Source of the DNA: Myxococcales bacterium
GTDB lineage: Bacteria > Myxococcota_A > UBA9042
DNA: 41,968 nucleotides
NCBI GenBank assembly: GCA_037441385.1
Contig: JBBISH010000047.1
Span: 1 to 41,968, forward strand
Reading direction: 5' to 3'
In this document: piece by piece, positions 19,105-30,097 of the stretch
Layout: each line of letters opens with the position of its first letter
How positions within the stretch are numbered: the first letter of the stretch is position 1
Notes under the pieces: generated by a model
Seen by the model: the letters and a program-made list of their open reading frames with translations, nothing else
What the model was told of the DNA's origin: nothing
Databases searched by the model: none
Program-made: the position numbers and the translations under genes

Positions 19105-19665
19105 ATGGACGTTCGGACGGCAATTCGCACTCGGCGATCCCACAAACAATTCACCGGCGCGGCCGTGCCCGACCAGGTGCTGAGCGAGTTGGTGGAGCTG
19201 GCGACATGGGCGCCGAACCACCGGCTGACCGAGCCGTGGCGCTTTGCGGTGGTGCGCCACGAGCGGTTGCCGGCGCTGCTGCACGCGATCGAGCACGGGC
19301 TGCGTCACGAGGGCGGCGACGAGCAGAAGATCGCCCTGCAAGTGCAGAAGGCGAAGGCCGTCTTGCACGGCGCGGGTGGGGTCATCACACTGCTGCGTCA
19401 CGCGAGCCCGGACGATCCGCTGCTGGATCGCGAGGATTATGCGGCCTGCGCGTGTGCCATGCAGAACATGCAACTGGCGGCGTGGGAACAGGGTTTTGGC
19501 TCGTTTTGGTCGACGGGCGGGCATTTTGTCGGGCGGGCGCTGCGTGGGTTTTGGCGGGCCGAGCCGCACGACGAAGTGGTGGGGGCGCTGATCCTGGGCG
19601 TACCCAGCGGCGAGTTGCCGGCGCACCGACGCAAGTCTCTGCAAGACCTGATGTATTTCGTGTAG
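19105..19665 (+). CDS. Nitroreductase family protein
   Basis: AIRTRRS, ATWAPNHRLTEPWRF, and AMQNMQLAAWEQGFGSFWSTG. Confidence 0.92.
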   Translation: MDVRTAIRTRRSHKQFTGAAVPDQVLSELVELATWAPNHRLTEPWRFAVVRHERLPALLHAIEHGLRHEGGDEQKIALQVQKAKAVLHGAGGVITLLRHASPDDPLLDREDYAACACAMQNMQLAAWEQGFGSFWSTGGHFVGRALRGFWRAEPHDEVVGALILGVPSGELPAHRRKSLQDLMYFV

Positions 19666-19677
19666 GCCGGGAGTCCG

Positions 19678-20808
19678 ATGTACCGCTTCGAACTGCAGCA
19701 CACCTGCGCGCAAACGGGCGCCCGCGCTGGACTCTTGCACCTGACCCACGGCGTGGTGCGCACGCCGATTTTCATGCCGGTGGGCACCCAGGCCACGGTC
19801 AAGGCCGTGCTGCCGCGCGACGTGCGCGAGCTGGGCGCCCAGATTATCCTGAGCAATACCTACCACTTGATGCTGCGGCCGGGCGCGGAGCGGATCGCGG
19901 CTGCGGGCGGGCTGCACAAGTTCATGGCGTGGGACCGGCCAATCCTGACCGATTCCGGCGGGTTCCAGGTGTACTCGCTGGCCAAGATCCGCAAGGTCAC
20001 CGACCAGGGCGCCGTGTTCCAGAGCCACATCGACGGCAGCAAACACGTCTTGGATGCCGAGCGCTGTATGCAGCTGCAGGAGCAATTCGGCAGCGATATC
20101 ATGATGCAGCTGGACGAATGCCCGCCCGCCAAAGCCGAGGACAAGGTGGTGCTGCGGGCGATGAAGCGCACGGTGGCGTGGCTGGATCGCTGCCTGGCGG
20201 CGCGGCGGCGGCAGGACGAGTGCGCGCTGTACGGCATCGTCCAGGGCGGCGTGAACCATGCCCTGCGCACGGCCCACGTCGAGCAGATCTGCCAGCGGCC
20301 GTGCGAGGGTTTTGCCATCGGCGGCCTGTCGGTGGGCGAATCGAGCGAGGAGATGTGGGCGACGTGCGAGCACACGGCACCGCAAATGCCCAAGGATAAA
20401 GCCAGGTACCTGATGGGCGTCGGCACGCCGGAGGACATCGTCCGCTGCATCGGCTACGGCGTGGACCAGTTCGACTGCGTGATGCCGAGCCGGAACGCGC
20501 GCCACGGGGTGGTGTTTACGCACGACGGCAAGCTGTCGATCAAGAATCGCCGCTTTGCCGAGGATGATGGCCCCTTGGATCCCGACTGCGGCTGCATGAC
20601 GTGCACGACGTTCTCGCGGTCGTACCTGCGGCACCTGTTCGTGGCGGGCGAGGCGTTGTCGGCGACCCTGCTGACGATCCATAACTTGGCGTTTTACGTA
20701 AAGCTTTCGCAGGATGCCCGCGCAGCGATCCTGCAAGATCGCTTTGGCGACTGGCAGCGGCAGACGCTGGCGCGGCTGGCCTCGCAGCGCTGGGCGCCCA
20801 AAGGCTGA
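19678..20808 (+). CDS. tgt: tRNA-guanine transglycosylase
   Basis: TPIFMPVGT, ILTDSGGFQVYSL, YGIVQGG, YLMGVGTPED, FDCVMPSRNAR, and the Zn site CGCMTC...H. Confidence 0.98.
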   Translation: MYRFELQHTCAQTGARAGLLHLTHGVVRTPIFMPVGTQATVKAVLPRDVRELGAQIILSNTYHLMLRPGAERIAAAGGLHKFMAWDRPILTDSGGFQVYSLAKIRKVTDQGAVFQSHIDGSKHVLDAERCMQLQEQFGSDIMMQLDECPPAKAEDKVVLRAMKRTVAWLDRCLAARRRQDECALYGIVQGGVNHALRTAHVEQICQRPCEGFAIGGLSVGESSEEMWATCEHTAPQMPKDKARYLMGVGTPEDIVRCIGYGVDQFDCVMPSRNARHGVVFTHDGKLSIKNRRFAEDDGPLDPDCGCMTCTTFSRSYLRHLFVAGEALSATLLTIHNLAFYVKLSQDARAAILQDRFGDWQRQTLARLASQRWAPKG

Positions 20809-20829
20809 GATCACGGGGAGGAGAGAGCG

Positions 20830-21402
20830 ATGACGGCGACGAATCACCTGCGGCTGGAGGCCGGGCGGACCGGCCTCGTCCTCATCGATTTTCAAGAGCG
20901 CCTGCTGCCGGCGATGGCCCACGCCGACGGGTGCCTGCAGAACGCCGTGCGCCTGGCGCAAGGGGGGCAGTTGCTCGGGATGCCGACGCTGGTGACTCAG
21001 CAATATCCAAAAGGAATTGGCCAAACGGTCGAGCCGCTGCGGCAGGTGCTGGGCCCCGACACGCCGGTGCTGGACAAGCTGGAGTTCTCGGTGCTGCAGA
21101 ACCACGCCGCCGCCCGGCTGCTGGCGGGCTGGAGGCTGCAGGGCCGCGACACGCTGATCGTCGCTGGCATCGAGGCGCACGTGTGTGTTTGGCAGACCGT
21201 CGCCGACCTGCGCGCCGCGGGCTGGCAGGTGCACGTAGCGGCCGATGCGACGAGTTCGCGGGCCGTAGAGAACTGGGCGATCGCCAAGGGTTTGTGGCAG
21301 TCGGCCGGGGCAGTGTGTACCTCGACGGAGGTCGCGCTCTTTGACCTGGTGCGCGGCGCCGGGCACGGCCAGTTCAAGGGGATCTCCAAGCTCGTCAAGT
21401 AG
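20830..21402 (+). CDS. Isochorismatase-family cysteine hydrolase
   Basis: LIDFQERL, QYPKGIGQTV, KLEFS, and GIEAHVCVWQT. Confidence 0.92.
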   Translation: MTATNHLRLEAGRTGLVLIDFQERLLPAMAHADGCLQNAVRLAQGGQLLGMPTLVTQQYPKGIGQTVEPLRQVLGPDTPVLDKLEFSVLQNHAAARLLAGWRLQGRDTLIVAGIEAHVCVWQTVADLRAAGWQVHVAADATSSRAVENWAIAKGLWQSAGAVCTSTEVALFDLVRGAGHGQFKGISKLVK

Positions 21403-21477
21403 TGCAATTGCTCGACCCGCGCCAGACGTGCTAGCCTGCCGCGCCCATTGGGCCATTGCCCAGGTCGAATGCACCCC

Positions 21478-22509
21478 ATGTCTGAACGCGTCGCCATTAC
21501 CTTCCAAGACGTGATCGCCAAGCTGAATTCCTTCTGGAGTTCGCGCGGTTGTCTGCTGGTCCAACCCTACGATCTGGAGAAGGGCGCCGGCACCTTCAAC
21601 CCGGCCACCTTCTTGCGCGCGCTGGGGCCCGAGCCGTGGAACGCCGCCTACGTAGAGCCGTCGCGGCGGCCGACCGACGGGCGCTACGGCGAAAACCCCA
21701 ATCGCCTGCAGCACTACTATCAGTATCAGGTGATCTTGAAGCCGTCGCCCAAGGACGTCCTGGAGCAGTACCTGGACTCGCTGCGGGCGATCGGCATCGA
21801 CCCGCAGGGCCACGACATCCGCTTTGTCGAGGACGACTGGGAGTCACCGACCCTGGGCGCCTGGGGTCTGGGTTGGGAAGTGTGGCTGGACGGCATGGAA
21901 GTGACGCAATTCACGTACTTCCAGCAGTGCGGCGGTCTGGACCTGCCGGTCATCAGCGCCGAGATCACCTACGGCCTGGAACGGCTGACCATGTACCTGC
22001 AAGGTAAGGAAAGCGTTTATGATTTGGTGTGGACCTATGGCCCCGACGGCCGCGCGGTGACCTACGGCGAGATCCACCACGAGGACGAAGTCCAATTCAG
22101 CGCGCACAACTTCGAACACGCGGACGTGGCCCTGCACCTGCACCTGTTCGAACAGTTCGAGAAATCGGCCCTGGAACTGGTCAAGCGCGATCTGGTGCTG
22201 CCTGCCTACGACTACGTGATGAAGGCGAGCCACGCCTTCAACGTGCTGGATGCTCGGGGGGCAATTTCTGTGACCGAGCGACAGAAGTACATCGGCCGCG
22301 TCCGCAACCTCGCCCGCCAATGCGCGGTGGCCTACGAGGCGATGCGCTACCGGCTGGGGCTGCCGATGTGCCCGCCCGAGCAACGCGAACCGCTCCTTGC
22401 CGCGCGCCAGGCCCAGCTCGCCGCCGAGGCCGAGCGCGCCCGGCAGGCTGCCGAGAAGGCGGCGCAAAAACAACAGAAAGCCCAGAGCCCCGCGGAGGTG
22501 CGCAAATGA
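21478..22509 (+). CDS. glyQ: Glycine--tRNA ligase alpha subunit
   Basis: [38 protein letters not shown], and EITYGLERL. Confidence 0.98.
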   Translation: MSERVAITFQDVIAKLNSFWSSRGCLLVQPYDLEKGAGTFNPATFLRALGPEPWNAAYVEPSRRPTDGRYGENPNRLQHYYQYQVILKPSPKDVLEQYLDSLRAIGIDPQGHDIRFVEDDWESPTLGAWGLGWEVWLDGMEVTQFTYFQQCGGLDLPVISAEITYGLERLTMYLQGKESVYDLVWTYGPDGRAVTYGEIHHEDEVQFSAHNFEHADVALHLHLFEQFEKSALELVKRDLVLPAYDYVMKASHAFNVLDARGAISVTERQKYIGRVRNLARQCAVAYEAMRYRLGLPMCPPEQREPLLAARQAQLAAEAERARQAAEKAAQKQQKAQSPAEVRK

Positions 22510-24599
22510 ACGCCTCAGGCAACGCAGCACCCCTTCTGATCGAGATTGGCAGCGAGGAAATCCCGGCCGGCGTCGTCGGCAACGCCGCACGCTGGCTCCA
22601 CGAGCAAGTCGCCCAGCTCACCGGGTTGGCGGCGGATCAGGGACAGTACCTGTATACGCCACGGCGCATGATCTCGTACTTCCCGCAAGTTGTGCTGCGT
22701 CAGCCCGACCGGCACGAAGTCGCCATGGGCCCGGCCCTCAAAGCCGCCCGCAGCGACGACGGCCACTGGACCCGCGCCGCCGAGGGCTTTGCCAAGGGCC
22801 AGGGCGTCGCCATGTCCGACCTGGAGGTGCTGGACACGCCCAAGGGGCAGTACATCGCTGCCAAGAAAACCATCGTGGGCAAGCCGACTTCGGACCTGCT
22901 CGCCGAGGCCTTGCCGCGCCTGCTGCGCCAGATGCCCTTGCCCAAGCGGATGCGCTGGGGTACCGAGCGCGAGGCGTTCGTCCGGCCCGTGCACTGGCTG
23001 GTGGCGCTGCTCGGTAACCTACCAATCGAGTTCGAATTCGCAGGGATGCGCTCGGGCACTACCTCGCAAGGGCACCGCTTCTACCACCCGGGCCCGGTCG
23101 AGGCTACGGCCGAGCTGCCGCTGTACAAGCTCCGGCTGCGCGAGGCCCAGGTCATCGTCGACCCCGAGGAACGCAAGTCGGTCATCCTGCAGGGGATTGA
23201 CGGGCTCTGCCGCGAAGTGGGCGGGGTCTGGCGGCAGGACTTCGACACGCTCGACATCGTCGTCAACCTTACCGAGTCGCCCCGGCCGCTGCTGGGCACG
23301 TTTGACCCCGGCTTTCTGGAGATCCCGCCCGAGGTGATCTTCACCACCCTCCGCGAGAATCAGAAGCTCTTCACCATCAACGATCAGCACGGCAAGCTGA
23401 CCAACCGCTTCATTGCGGTGGCCAACACGCTCAGCGAGGCCAGCCGCTCGGTCGTGGCCGCCGGCAACGCGCGGGTGGTGTCGGCCCGCCTGGCCGATGC
23501 GCGCTTCTTCTACCGCGAAGACGTCCGCACACCGCTCGCCGAACGCGTGGCGGGTCTGGGCGACCGTATCTGGCTGGCGGGCATGGGCTCGATCGGCGAG
23601 AAGGTCAAGCGCATCGAGAGCCTGGCCACAGGCTTCGCCGAGCAGTTGTGCCCGGGCGCCGTGGGTCAAGTGGCCCGCGCCGCCTACCTCTGCAAGGCCG
23701 ACCTCGCGACGCGCATGGTCTTTGAGTTCCCAGAGTTGCAGGGCGTCATCGGCGGCTACTACGCCCGCGCCGACGGCGAAGAAGCGGCCGTGGCCGAGGC
23801 GATCGCCAGTCACTACCAGCCTCGCTTTGCTGCCGATGCGATTCCTGCGACCGTGCAAGGGCAGATGATTGCCCTCGCCGACAAGCTCGACAGCATCGCC
23901 GGTTGCTTTGGCCTTGGGCTCGTGCCGTCCGGGACGCAGGATCCCTACGCACTGCGTCGGGCCGCGCTGGGCGTGTTGCGCATCTTGGCCGAAGGGGGCC
24001 ACGCCCTACCGCTCTCCAAGGCGGTGGCGCAGGCGGTGGCGGCGCTGCCCGAGACGGTGCGCGCCGGCAAAGAGGCCGCGATTGCCGCGCAAATCCTGGA
24101 CTTTTTCCGGGGTCGCCTGGCGTCGCTGCACGCGGCCGATCACCCGGTCGACGCGGTGGATGCGGTGCTGGAGGCCGGTTTTGACGCCGTGGGCACCATC
24201 GCGCCGCGCCTGCAAGCCCTGGCCGATCTGCGCGCCGCTGCGGACTTCGTGCCCCTGGCGGCCGCCTTCAAGCGCGTAGGCAACTTGGTCCGCAAGTCGG
24301 CCGGCGACGGCGACCTGGGCGCGGAATTCGACGCCAAGCTCTGTGAAAAACAGGCCGAACTGGACCTGCACCACAAGCTCGACAGCCTGGCCGGCACCAG
24401 CGCAACGCGCCTAGCCGCGGGCGATTTTGCCGGGGCGATGCGCCTGCTGGCCCAAGTCAAACCCGAGGTCGACGCGTTCTTTGATGGGGTGATGGTCATG
24501 GTCGACGACGCGGCCGTGCGCCGCAACCGCGTGGCCCTGCTGGGCCGCTGCGCGGCGTTGTTCGCCCAGATCGCCGATTTCTCCAAGCTGCAGGGTTAG
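22506..24599 (+). CDS. glyS: Glycine--tRNA ligase beta subunit
   Basis: ATGA overlap with glyQ. Motifs [40 protein letters not shown], and a C-terminal DALR-type domain. Confidence 0.97.
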   Translation: MNASGNAAPLLIEIGSEEIPAGVVGNAARWLHEQVAQLTGLAADQGQYLYTPRRMISYFPQVVLRQPDRHEVAMGPALKAARSDDGHWTRAAEGFAKGQGVAMSDLEVLDTPKGQYIAAKKTIVGKPTSDLLAEALPRLLRQMPLPKRMRWGTEREAFVRPVHWLVALLGNLPIEFEFAGMRSGTTSQGHRFYHPGPVEATAELPLYKLRLREAQVIVDPEERKSVILQGIDGLCREVGGVWRQDFDTLDIVVNLTESPRPLLGTFDPGFLEIPPEVIFTTLRENQKLFTINDQHGKLTNRFIAVANTLSEASRSVVAAGNARVVSARLADARFFYREDVRTPLAERVAGLGDRIWLAGMGSIGEKVKRIESLATGFAEQLCPGAVGQVARAAYLCKADLATRMVFEFPELQGVIGGYYARADGEEAAVAEAIASHYQPRFAADAIPATVQGQMIALADKLDSIAGCFGLGLVPSGTQDPYALRRAALGVLRILAEGGHALPLSKAVAQAVAALPETVRAGKEAAIAAQILDFFRGRLASLHAADHPVDAVDAVLEAGFDAVGTIAPRLQALADLRAAADFVPLAAAFKRVGNLVRKSAGDGDLGAEFDAKLCEKQAELDLHHKLDSLAGTSATRLAAGDFAGAMRLLAQVKPEVDAFFDGVMVMVDDAAVRRNRVALLGRCAALFAQIADFSKLQG

Positions 24600-25886
24600 G
24601 TGACACACGTGGCTTGCTGGCACCGCCCCAACCGTTTGTTGCGCCGATTGTGGCGGCTATTGCCGGCGCTGGCGGCCTTGGGACTGGCCGCGTGCGGCGA
24701 CAATCCCGGTCTGCCCGAAGACACCGGCCTCGCTGTGCGCTACCCAATGGCGCTGGCGGCGGTGCCGTCGGGCGAACTGCTCTTTGTCGTCGGCGCCAAC
24801 TTCGACCGGGCTTTCCGCGCCGGCAAGGTGCGCGTCCTGGACACCACCCGCGACGTCTTTGTGCCGGGCTCGCTCGAGATCCCGGGCTACGCGGGCGGGG
24901 TGGCCCTGCAATACCCCGAGGCCAGCACACCCACCGCGGGCGGCTCCAACCCGGCCTTGCCCGAGCGGATGCTCGTGACCTCGCGCGACGACGACAGCAT
25001 CAGCTGGGCCAGCTTTGACAACAAGAGCGCCAGCCTCAGCTGCGGCAGCCACGACGCCTACGGCCGCTGCGACAGCGGACACCGCTTCGGCTTCCCCGAG
25101 GACACCACGCCGATCGGCAATGATCCCATGGGCATCGAGGTCGTGCCGTGGGATCCGGGCTACTGGCGGGTCACCGTCGTGTCGTCCGCCTCGGCCAAAG
25201 CCACCGTCTTGCGCATGGACAGCAAGGGCCACTTCGACGTCGTGGACCAAATCGCTTTGTCCACGGGCCTCTACGGCGTCAAGACGGCGCCCGGCACCGG
25301 CCGTACCTACATCTCGACCATCGGCGCGCCCTACCTGCATGTCCTCCGCGTGGACGCCGATCCAAGCCGCAAGACGGGCTACAAGGTCGTGGCTGAGCCC
25401 ACCCTGGTGCTGCCCTCGCTCCTTGCGTCGTCGTACGGGCGCGGACTGGCCCTTTCTTCAGACGGCGCCCGCCTTTACGTGGCGGATCGCAGCCCGCAGG
25501 CGGTGCTGGAGATCGACGTGACGCCGGGACCCTCGGGCGCGCCGCGCAACGCTATCGCCGCCGTGATGACCATTGGCCCTGGACCGTCGGAGATCGCCGT
25601 GGCGCCCACCGGCCCCAACGGCCGCGATCTGCTGTATGTCAGCTGCTTTGGCGACGACTCGGTGTGGGTGCTCGACCCGTACCTGCGCCAGACCGTGGAC
25701 ACCATTCGCATGCCGCACGGTCCCTACGCACTGGCCGCGGTCCACGTCGCCGACCAGGGCCAGACGCAAAAGCAGTGGAAGCTCTACGCGGCGCTCTTTG
25801 GCGCGCACAAGCTGGCGGTGGTGCCGATCGACCCCACCTCGCCGATGCGCAACACGGTGCAGAACCTGCTGACGGGGAACCCATGA
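24600..25886 (+). CDS. Lipoprotein, YncE-like beta-propeller
   Basis: Lipobox LAAC. Blade motifs GRGLALSSDGARLYVADR and GPGPSEIAV..LLYVSCFGDDSVWVLD. Confidence 0.8.
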   Translation: MTHVACWHRPNRLLRRLWRLLPALAALGLAACGDNPGLPEDTGLAVRYPMALAAVPSGELLFVVGANFDRAFRAGKVRVLDTTRDVFVPGSLEIPGYAGGVALQYPEASTPTAGGSNPALPERMLVTSRDDDSISWASFDNKSASLSCGSHDAYGRCDSGHRFGFPEDTTPIGNDPMGIEVVPWDPGYWRVTVVSSASAKATVLRMDSKGHFDVVDQIALSTGLYGVKTAPGTGRTYISTIGAPYLHVLRVDADPSRKTGYKVVAEPTLVLPSLLASSYGRGLALSSDGARLYVADRSPQAVLEIDVTPGPSGAPRNAIAAVMTIGPGPSEIAVAPTGPNGRDLLYVSCFGDDSVWVLDPYLRQTVDTIRMPHGPYALAAVHVADQGQTQKQWKLYAALFGAHKLAVVPIDPTSPMRNTVQNLLTGNP

Positions 25887-28534
25887 AGCGGCCGAGTTCG
25901 TTCCCCTTTGGGGCGGTGATTGCGCTGGCCGCGCTCGCGCTGGCGGCCTGCACCCAGACCACGACGCCGGTGCTGCGTGGGCTGAGCGGCGGTCGATCGA
26001 TCGCGTTGGCCTGCGTCGACTCCAAGGGCCTGCACGACGACTTTGCCTGCACCAGCGATGGTACGGTGCGCGCGCTGGTGGGCGGCGGGTCCAAGGGCAC
26101 GTTGTCGCTGGCCATTCCCAGCGGGCCCAGCTGGGTCGACCTGTCGTCGCTGGTGCCTGGGCTGACGCCGCTCCGCGTGCCGGGGCCGCCAGTGGCGCTC
26201 GCCGTGGACGCCACCGGGAGCCAGGCTTTTGCCGCGATCTCGGCCGGGACTGGGGCGCAGATCGCCCGAATCGCGCTGAGTTCGCTGCCCAGCGGCTCGA
26301 TCAAGTACCTGGACAGCGTGAAGGTGGACTACGAGCCGACGGACCTGACGATCGTTCAGCGCGGCACGTCGTATTGGCTGGTAGTGGCCGACCCGAACGG
26401 GCAGCAACTGCACGCCGCCGAGCTGGCCACCTTTGGCGCCACCGCGCAATGGACAACGTGGTCGGTGCCCGGCAGCCCGGCGAGCCTGGCCTGGTTGCCC
26501 GCCAAGAAACAGCTGTGGGTGGGCCACGTTCAGCACGGCTACGTCACCGTGATCGATGTCACTACCGGGGCGGTGGTCGGCACCCCGATCTCGATCGACG
26601 CCGCCTGCCGCGATGGCTTGGACAACGACGGCGACGGCTTGGTCGACCGCATGGACACGGGCTGCGACGGCCCCGACGACGTGAGCGAGACCGGCGCTGA
26701 AGTGGGCAACTCCCTGTGCAGCAACGGCATCGACGACGACGGCGACGGCCAGACCGACGCGGCTGACCTGGGCTGCCAGGCCGCGGCGGTGGCCGATGGC
26801 GTGGTCGACGGCTGCCGCAACGGCAAGGACGACGACGGCGACGGCAAGACCGACTTCCCCGACGACCCCGGTTGCGCCGGCTTTGCCGACTCCAGCGAAA
26901 ACAGCGACGCCGCACCCTGCGCCGATGGCCGCGACAACGACGGCGATGGCCAAACCGATCTTGCCGACAGCGACTGCCAGGGCAGCCCGGCCGGCACCGA
27001 GTGGCCCAACCCGCAGACGGTGCAACCCAGCGCGGTGGCAAGCGCTTTGCCCTGCGCCAACGGCCTGGACGACGACGGCGATGGCCTGACCGACCTGGAC
27101 GACAGCGGTTGCTTCAACAGCGCCAGCGGCAGCGAATCCGGCCCAGACATGGCCCCGGCGGCACGTATCGCGGCGTCGTTCGACGGTCGCTGGGTCGCTG
27201 TAGCTCACCAAGGCCGCCGCGAATTGCTGCTCATCGACGCGGCGTCGCGGACCCTGCTGCTGCCCAAGCGCGGAGAGACCGTGCCGTATCTGCGCACTTC
27301 GCGCCTGGACGAGCGCGACGGCGTCATGGGCCTGGCCCTGGGGGCACCGGTAACCGCCATCGCGCCCATCACCTACAGCGGCCGGTCCGCGTTTGCGGCC
27401 GTTACCACTCCGGGCGGTCTGTTCGTGGTCCGACCCGCGGGCGACGACGCCAGCCTGGCCACGGTGCAGCTGGTGCCCTCGGCCACGCAGACCGCGACCA
27501 CCGTGGGCAAACCGGCACTCGTCATCGGCGGGACTGCCGTCGATTTGGGTGCTTCGGTGCCGACCCGCTATGCCGCGTTGGGGCCGCTGCGCCTCACTTC
27601 CACGGCCGCGGGCACCAACTACTACGGCGTCCTGCCCAGCACCGAGACCTATGAACACCGTACCGAGCAATGGCGCCTGACGTTCCAGGGCCTGCTGCCT
27701 GGCGGCCAGCGCAGCACCGGCCAATGGCGCGGGCCGGGCCGCCTGCACGACCCGACTGCCGATTTTTGTCAGTTGGGCATCGTGCCGGGCGATCTCGTGG
27801 TCTTTGCCGCGTCGAGTCAGGCCGGCTGCCCCAGCAAGCCGGTCGCGGTACCGGTCTTGGCTGTCTATGGCGATACCCTTGAGCTCGACACCGCCGGCGT
27901 GCGCGAAGACATCGTGCTCACCACCGCCGACCAGACCAGCTACGACCTGGCCAGCAACGCGGCTTCGCTGCTCAAGCCGGCCAGCCTGCCGCCGCCGCAG
28001 TGCGCCGCGGCTGGGCAAGTCGCCTACAGCGTGCGCTCGGCCGATTGGCTGCTGGTGGGGAGCCGCAGCGGGCTGCTCAGCAGCCGCGTGGTTCGCGATG
28101 GCCGCTGCAGCGACCTGCCAGCCACAGAGCTGCTGGGCGCGCGCCTGACCGAGCCCAAGCTCCGCGCGCAGAGCAACGGCACCCCGCAGCGCCCCGCGTC
28201 GTGCCCTTATGCCGGCGGCGTGCTCGACAGCGCCTTTGTTCCCACGCCGACGTCCACCCCGATGTTCGCCGGTCTGCAGATTCAGCCGGGGTGTCAAAAC
28301 CACACCGACGCCTCGGGCAAGCCGGTGGTGGGCGTGCTGCCGTCCCTGCGCGACGAGACCTGGATCTTCAACGTGACCGCCGGCTTCCGGCCACGAGTGA
28401 CGGCCGTGGGCTCGGCGCCGACGGCGGTGGTCTCGGGCCCGGGCCTGGCGCGCGCCTATGTGGTCGATGGTGGCGCGGCGACCTTGGGCGTCGTCGAGAT
28501 TAGCACCGGCAACTTGCTGGCAACGCTGCAATAG
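25883..28534 (+). CDS. Large lipoprotein: beta-propeller with an inserted Cys/Asp-rich repeat array
   Basis: ATGA overlap with the previous gene, lipobox LAAC, propeller-like blades, and five C-x-[DN]-G-x-D-[DN]-DGDG-xx-D...C repeats. Confidence 0.82.
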   Translation: MKRPSSFPFGAVIALAALALAACTQTTTPVLRGLSGGRSIALACVDSKGLHDDFACTSDGTVRALVGGGSKGTLSLAIPSGPSWVDLSSLVPGLTPLRVPGPPVALAVDATGSQAFAAISAGTGAQIARIALSSLPSGSIKYLDSVKVDYEPTDLTIVQRGTSYWLVVADPNGQQLHAAELATFGATAQWTTWSVPGSPASLAWLPAKKQLWVGHVQHGYVTVIDVTTGAVVGTPISIDAACRDGLDNDGDGLVDRMDTGCDGPDDVSETGAEVGNSLCSNGIDDDGDGQTDAADLGCQAAAVADGVVDGCRNGKDDDGDGKTDFPDDPGCAGFADSSENSDAAPCADGRDNDGDGQTDLADSDCQGSPAGTEWPNPQTVQPSAVASALPCANGLDDDGDGLTDLDDSGCFNSASGSESGPDMAPAARIAASFDGRWVAVAHQGRRELLLIDAASRTLLLPKRGETVPYLRTSRLDERDGVMGLALGAPVTAIAPITYSGRSAFAAVTTPGGLFVVRPAGDDASLATVQLVPSATQTATTVGKPALVIGGTAVDLGASVPTRYAALGPLRLTSTAAGTNYYGVLPSTETYEHRTEQWRLTFQGLLPGGQRSTGQWRGPGRLHDPTADFCQLGIVPGDLVVFAASSQAGCPSKPVAVPVLAVYGDTLELDTAGVREDIVLTTADQTSYDLASNAASLLKPASLPPPQCAAAGQVAYSVRSADWLLVGSRSGLLSSRVVRDGRCSDLPATELLGARLTEPKLRAQSNGTPQRPASCPYAGGVLDSAFVPTPTSTPMFAGLQIQPGCQNHTDASGKPVVGVLPSLRDETWIFNVTAGFRPRVTAVGSAPTAVVSGPGLARAYVVDGGAATLGVVEISTGNLLATLQ
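26606..27112 (+). repeat. Five coding CxDGxDNDGDGxxD..C repeats (putative Ca/metal-binding)
   Basis: CRDGLDNDGDGLVD, CSNGIDDDGDGQTD, CRNGKDDDGDGKTD, CADGRDNDGDGQTD, CANGLDDDGDGLTD. Confidence 0.88.
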
Positions 28535-28732
28535 CGACCGCGACGTCGCCCGCCAAGATCAGCACGAGTTGGGGCAGATCCTGCCGCTTGGTCGGCAGAA
28601 TCGCCGAGATCATTTTTTGCACTTGCGCGCAAGGTCGGCTGAAGTCCCGCTGCGGGGACGCCGAGTTGTGGGTCGCCCAGCAGCGAAAAACCGCACCGTC
28701 GCGAAAAAATTTCGCGCCCGCCGATCTGGGAC

Positions 28733-30079
28733 CTAGTTTTGCCCTTGTACGGCGGTGACTTGGGCGCCAAACTGCCCGTCGTGGAGCAGCACCTGCACAG
28801 AGTCGCCCACGGCCACGCCGCCGATGCCCGCGACCGCCGGACCGTCGGGCCGCCGCACGATGGCATAGCCGCGCCCCAGGGCCGCCGTGGGGCTCAGCAC
28901 CGCCAAGACGTCGCGCCGCCGCTGCCACCATTGCCGGCGCTGGCTCACCGTCGCCCGGCCCGCCGTCACCAGGCGTTGGTGCAGGGCCTCCAGCTGCCGC
29001 CGCTGCCCCGCCAACTTCCGCAGCGGATGCGCGATGTGCAGGCGCGACCGCAGCCGCTCCAACTTGCGCCGCTCGCCATCCAACTGCCGCGCCAACCCCC
29101 GCGCCAGCCGCTGCTGCAGGTCGCCCAGCTGCACCGAGCGCATCGCGGTGACCGCATCGCCGTTGCCCAGGCGCGCCCGCAGCTGTAGCAAGTGCCGGCG
29201 ATCATTGGCCAGCTGCCGCTGCACCGTTTGGGCCGCTCGTCGCTGCCACTGCTCCAACCACGCCACCAGGTCGGCGTGGCGGGGTACCACCAGTTCGGCG
29301 GCGGCGGTGGGGGTCGGCGCGCGGCTATCTGCCGCCAGATCGGTCAGCAGGGTGTCGATCTCGTGGCCCACCGCGCTGACGATGGGCGTCCGGCAGGCCG
29401 CCACCGCCCGCACCGCGACTTCTTCGTTGAAAGCCCACAGGTCCTCGGCGCTGCCGCCGCCGCGACCGACGATGATCACCTCGGCCCAGCCCAGCGCGTC
29501 GACGAGCTCGATACCCGCCGCGATCGACGCCGCCGCGCCCTCGCCCTGGACCTTGACCGGCACCACCAGCACCCGCACCGGGCAGCGCTGGCGCAGGATC
29601 CGCAGCATGTCGGCCACCGCCGCGCCCGTCGGCGAGGTGACCAGCGCCACGGTCTTGGGCAAATACGGCAGCGGCTTCTTGCGCCCGGCCTCAAAAAGCC
29701 CCTGGGCGTTCAGCTTTTCTTTCAGCTGCTGCAGCGCCAGCCATTGGGCGCCCTGCCCGGCCGGCTCCACGTTCTGGGCAATCAGCGCATAGGCGCCGCC
29801 GGGCACCCACACGTCGATGCGCCCGCTGACCACCATCTGTTGGCCTTCGCGCGGCAGGTGGCGCAGGCGGGCCGCCACGGTCTTCCACAGGCGCACGCTG
29901 AGCTTGCTGCCGGCGTCTTTCAGGTCGAAGTAGTAGTGGCCGGCCGAGATCGACACCCGGCTCACCTCGCCCTGCACCCGCACGGCCGGCATGGGCGACA
30001 GAAGACCGCGAATCTGCTCGTTGACCGCGGTCACGCTCAGGGCAGCAGTCGGCGGCGCGGCTTCGTCGTTCCAGGCCAT
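28733..30079 (-). CDS. xseA: Exodeoxyribonuclease VII large subunit
   Basis: VQGEVS..GHYYFDLKD, ALVTSPTGAAVAD, GRGGGSAEDLWAFNEE, SAVGHEID, APTPTAAAE. Confidence 0.97.
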   Translation of the reverse strand: MAWNDEAAPPTAALSVTAVNEQIRGLLSPMPAVRVQGEVSRVSISAGHYYFDLKDAGSKLSVRLWKTVAARLRHLPREGQQMVVSGRIDVWVPGGAYALIAQNVEPAGQGAQWLALQQLKEKLNAQGLFEAGRKKPLPYLPKTVALVTSPTGAAVADMLRILRQRCPVRVLVVPVKVQGEGAAASIAAGIELVDALGWAEVIIVGRGGGSAEDLWAFNEEVAVRAVAACRTPIVSAVGHEIDTLLTDLAADSRAPTPTAAAELVVPRHADLVAWLEQWQRRAAQTVQRQLANDRRHLLQLRARLGNGDAVTAMRSVQLGDLQQRLARGLARQLDGERRKLERLRSRLHIAHPLRKLAGQRRQLEALHQRLVTAGRATVSQRRQWWQRRRDVLAVLSPTAALGRGYAIVRRPDGPAVAGIGGVAVGDSVQVLLHDGQFGAQVTAVQGQN

Positions 30080-30097
30080 GCGGCAACCCTGCGGTGG

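Noticed and set aside
17122..21813. 1563-aa minus-strand ORF
   Set aside because: Only the last 326 aa (SPFH) are real. The rest is the antisense shadow of DUF296, nitroreductase, tgt, isochorismatase and glyQ.
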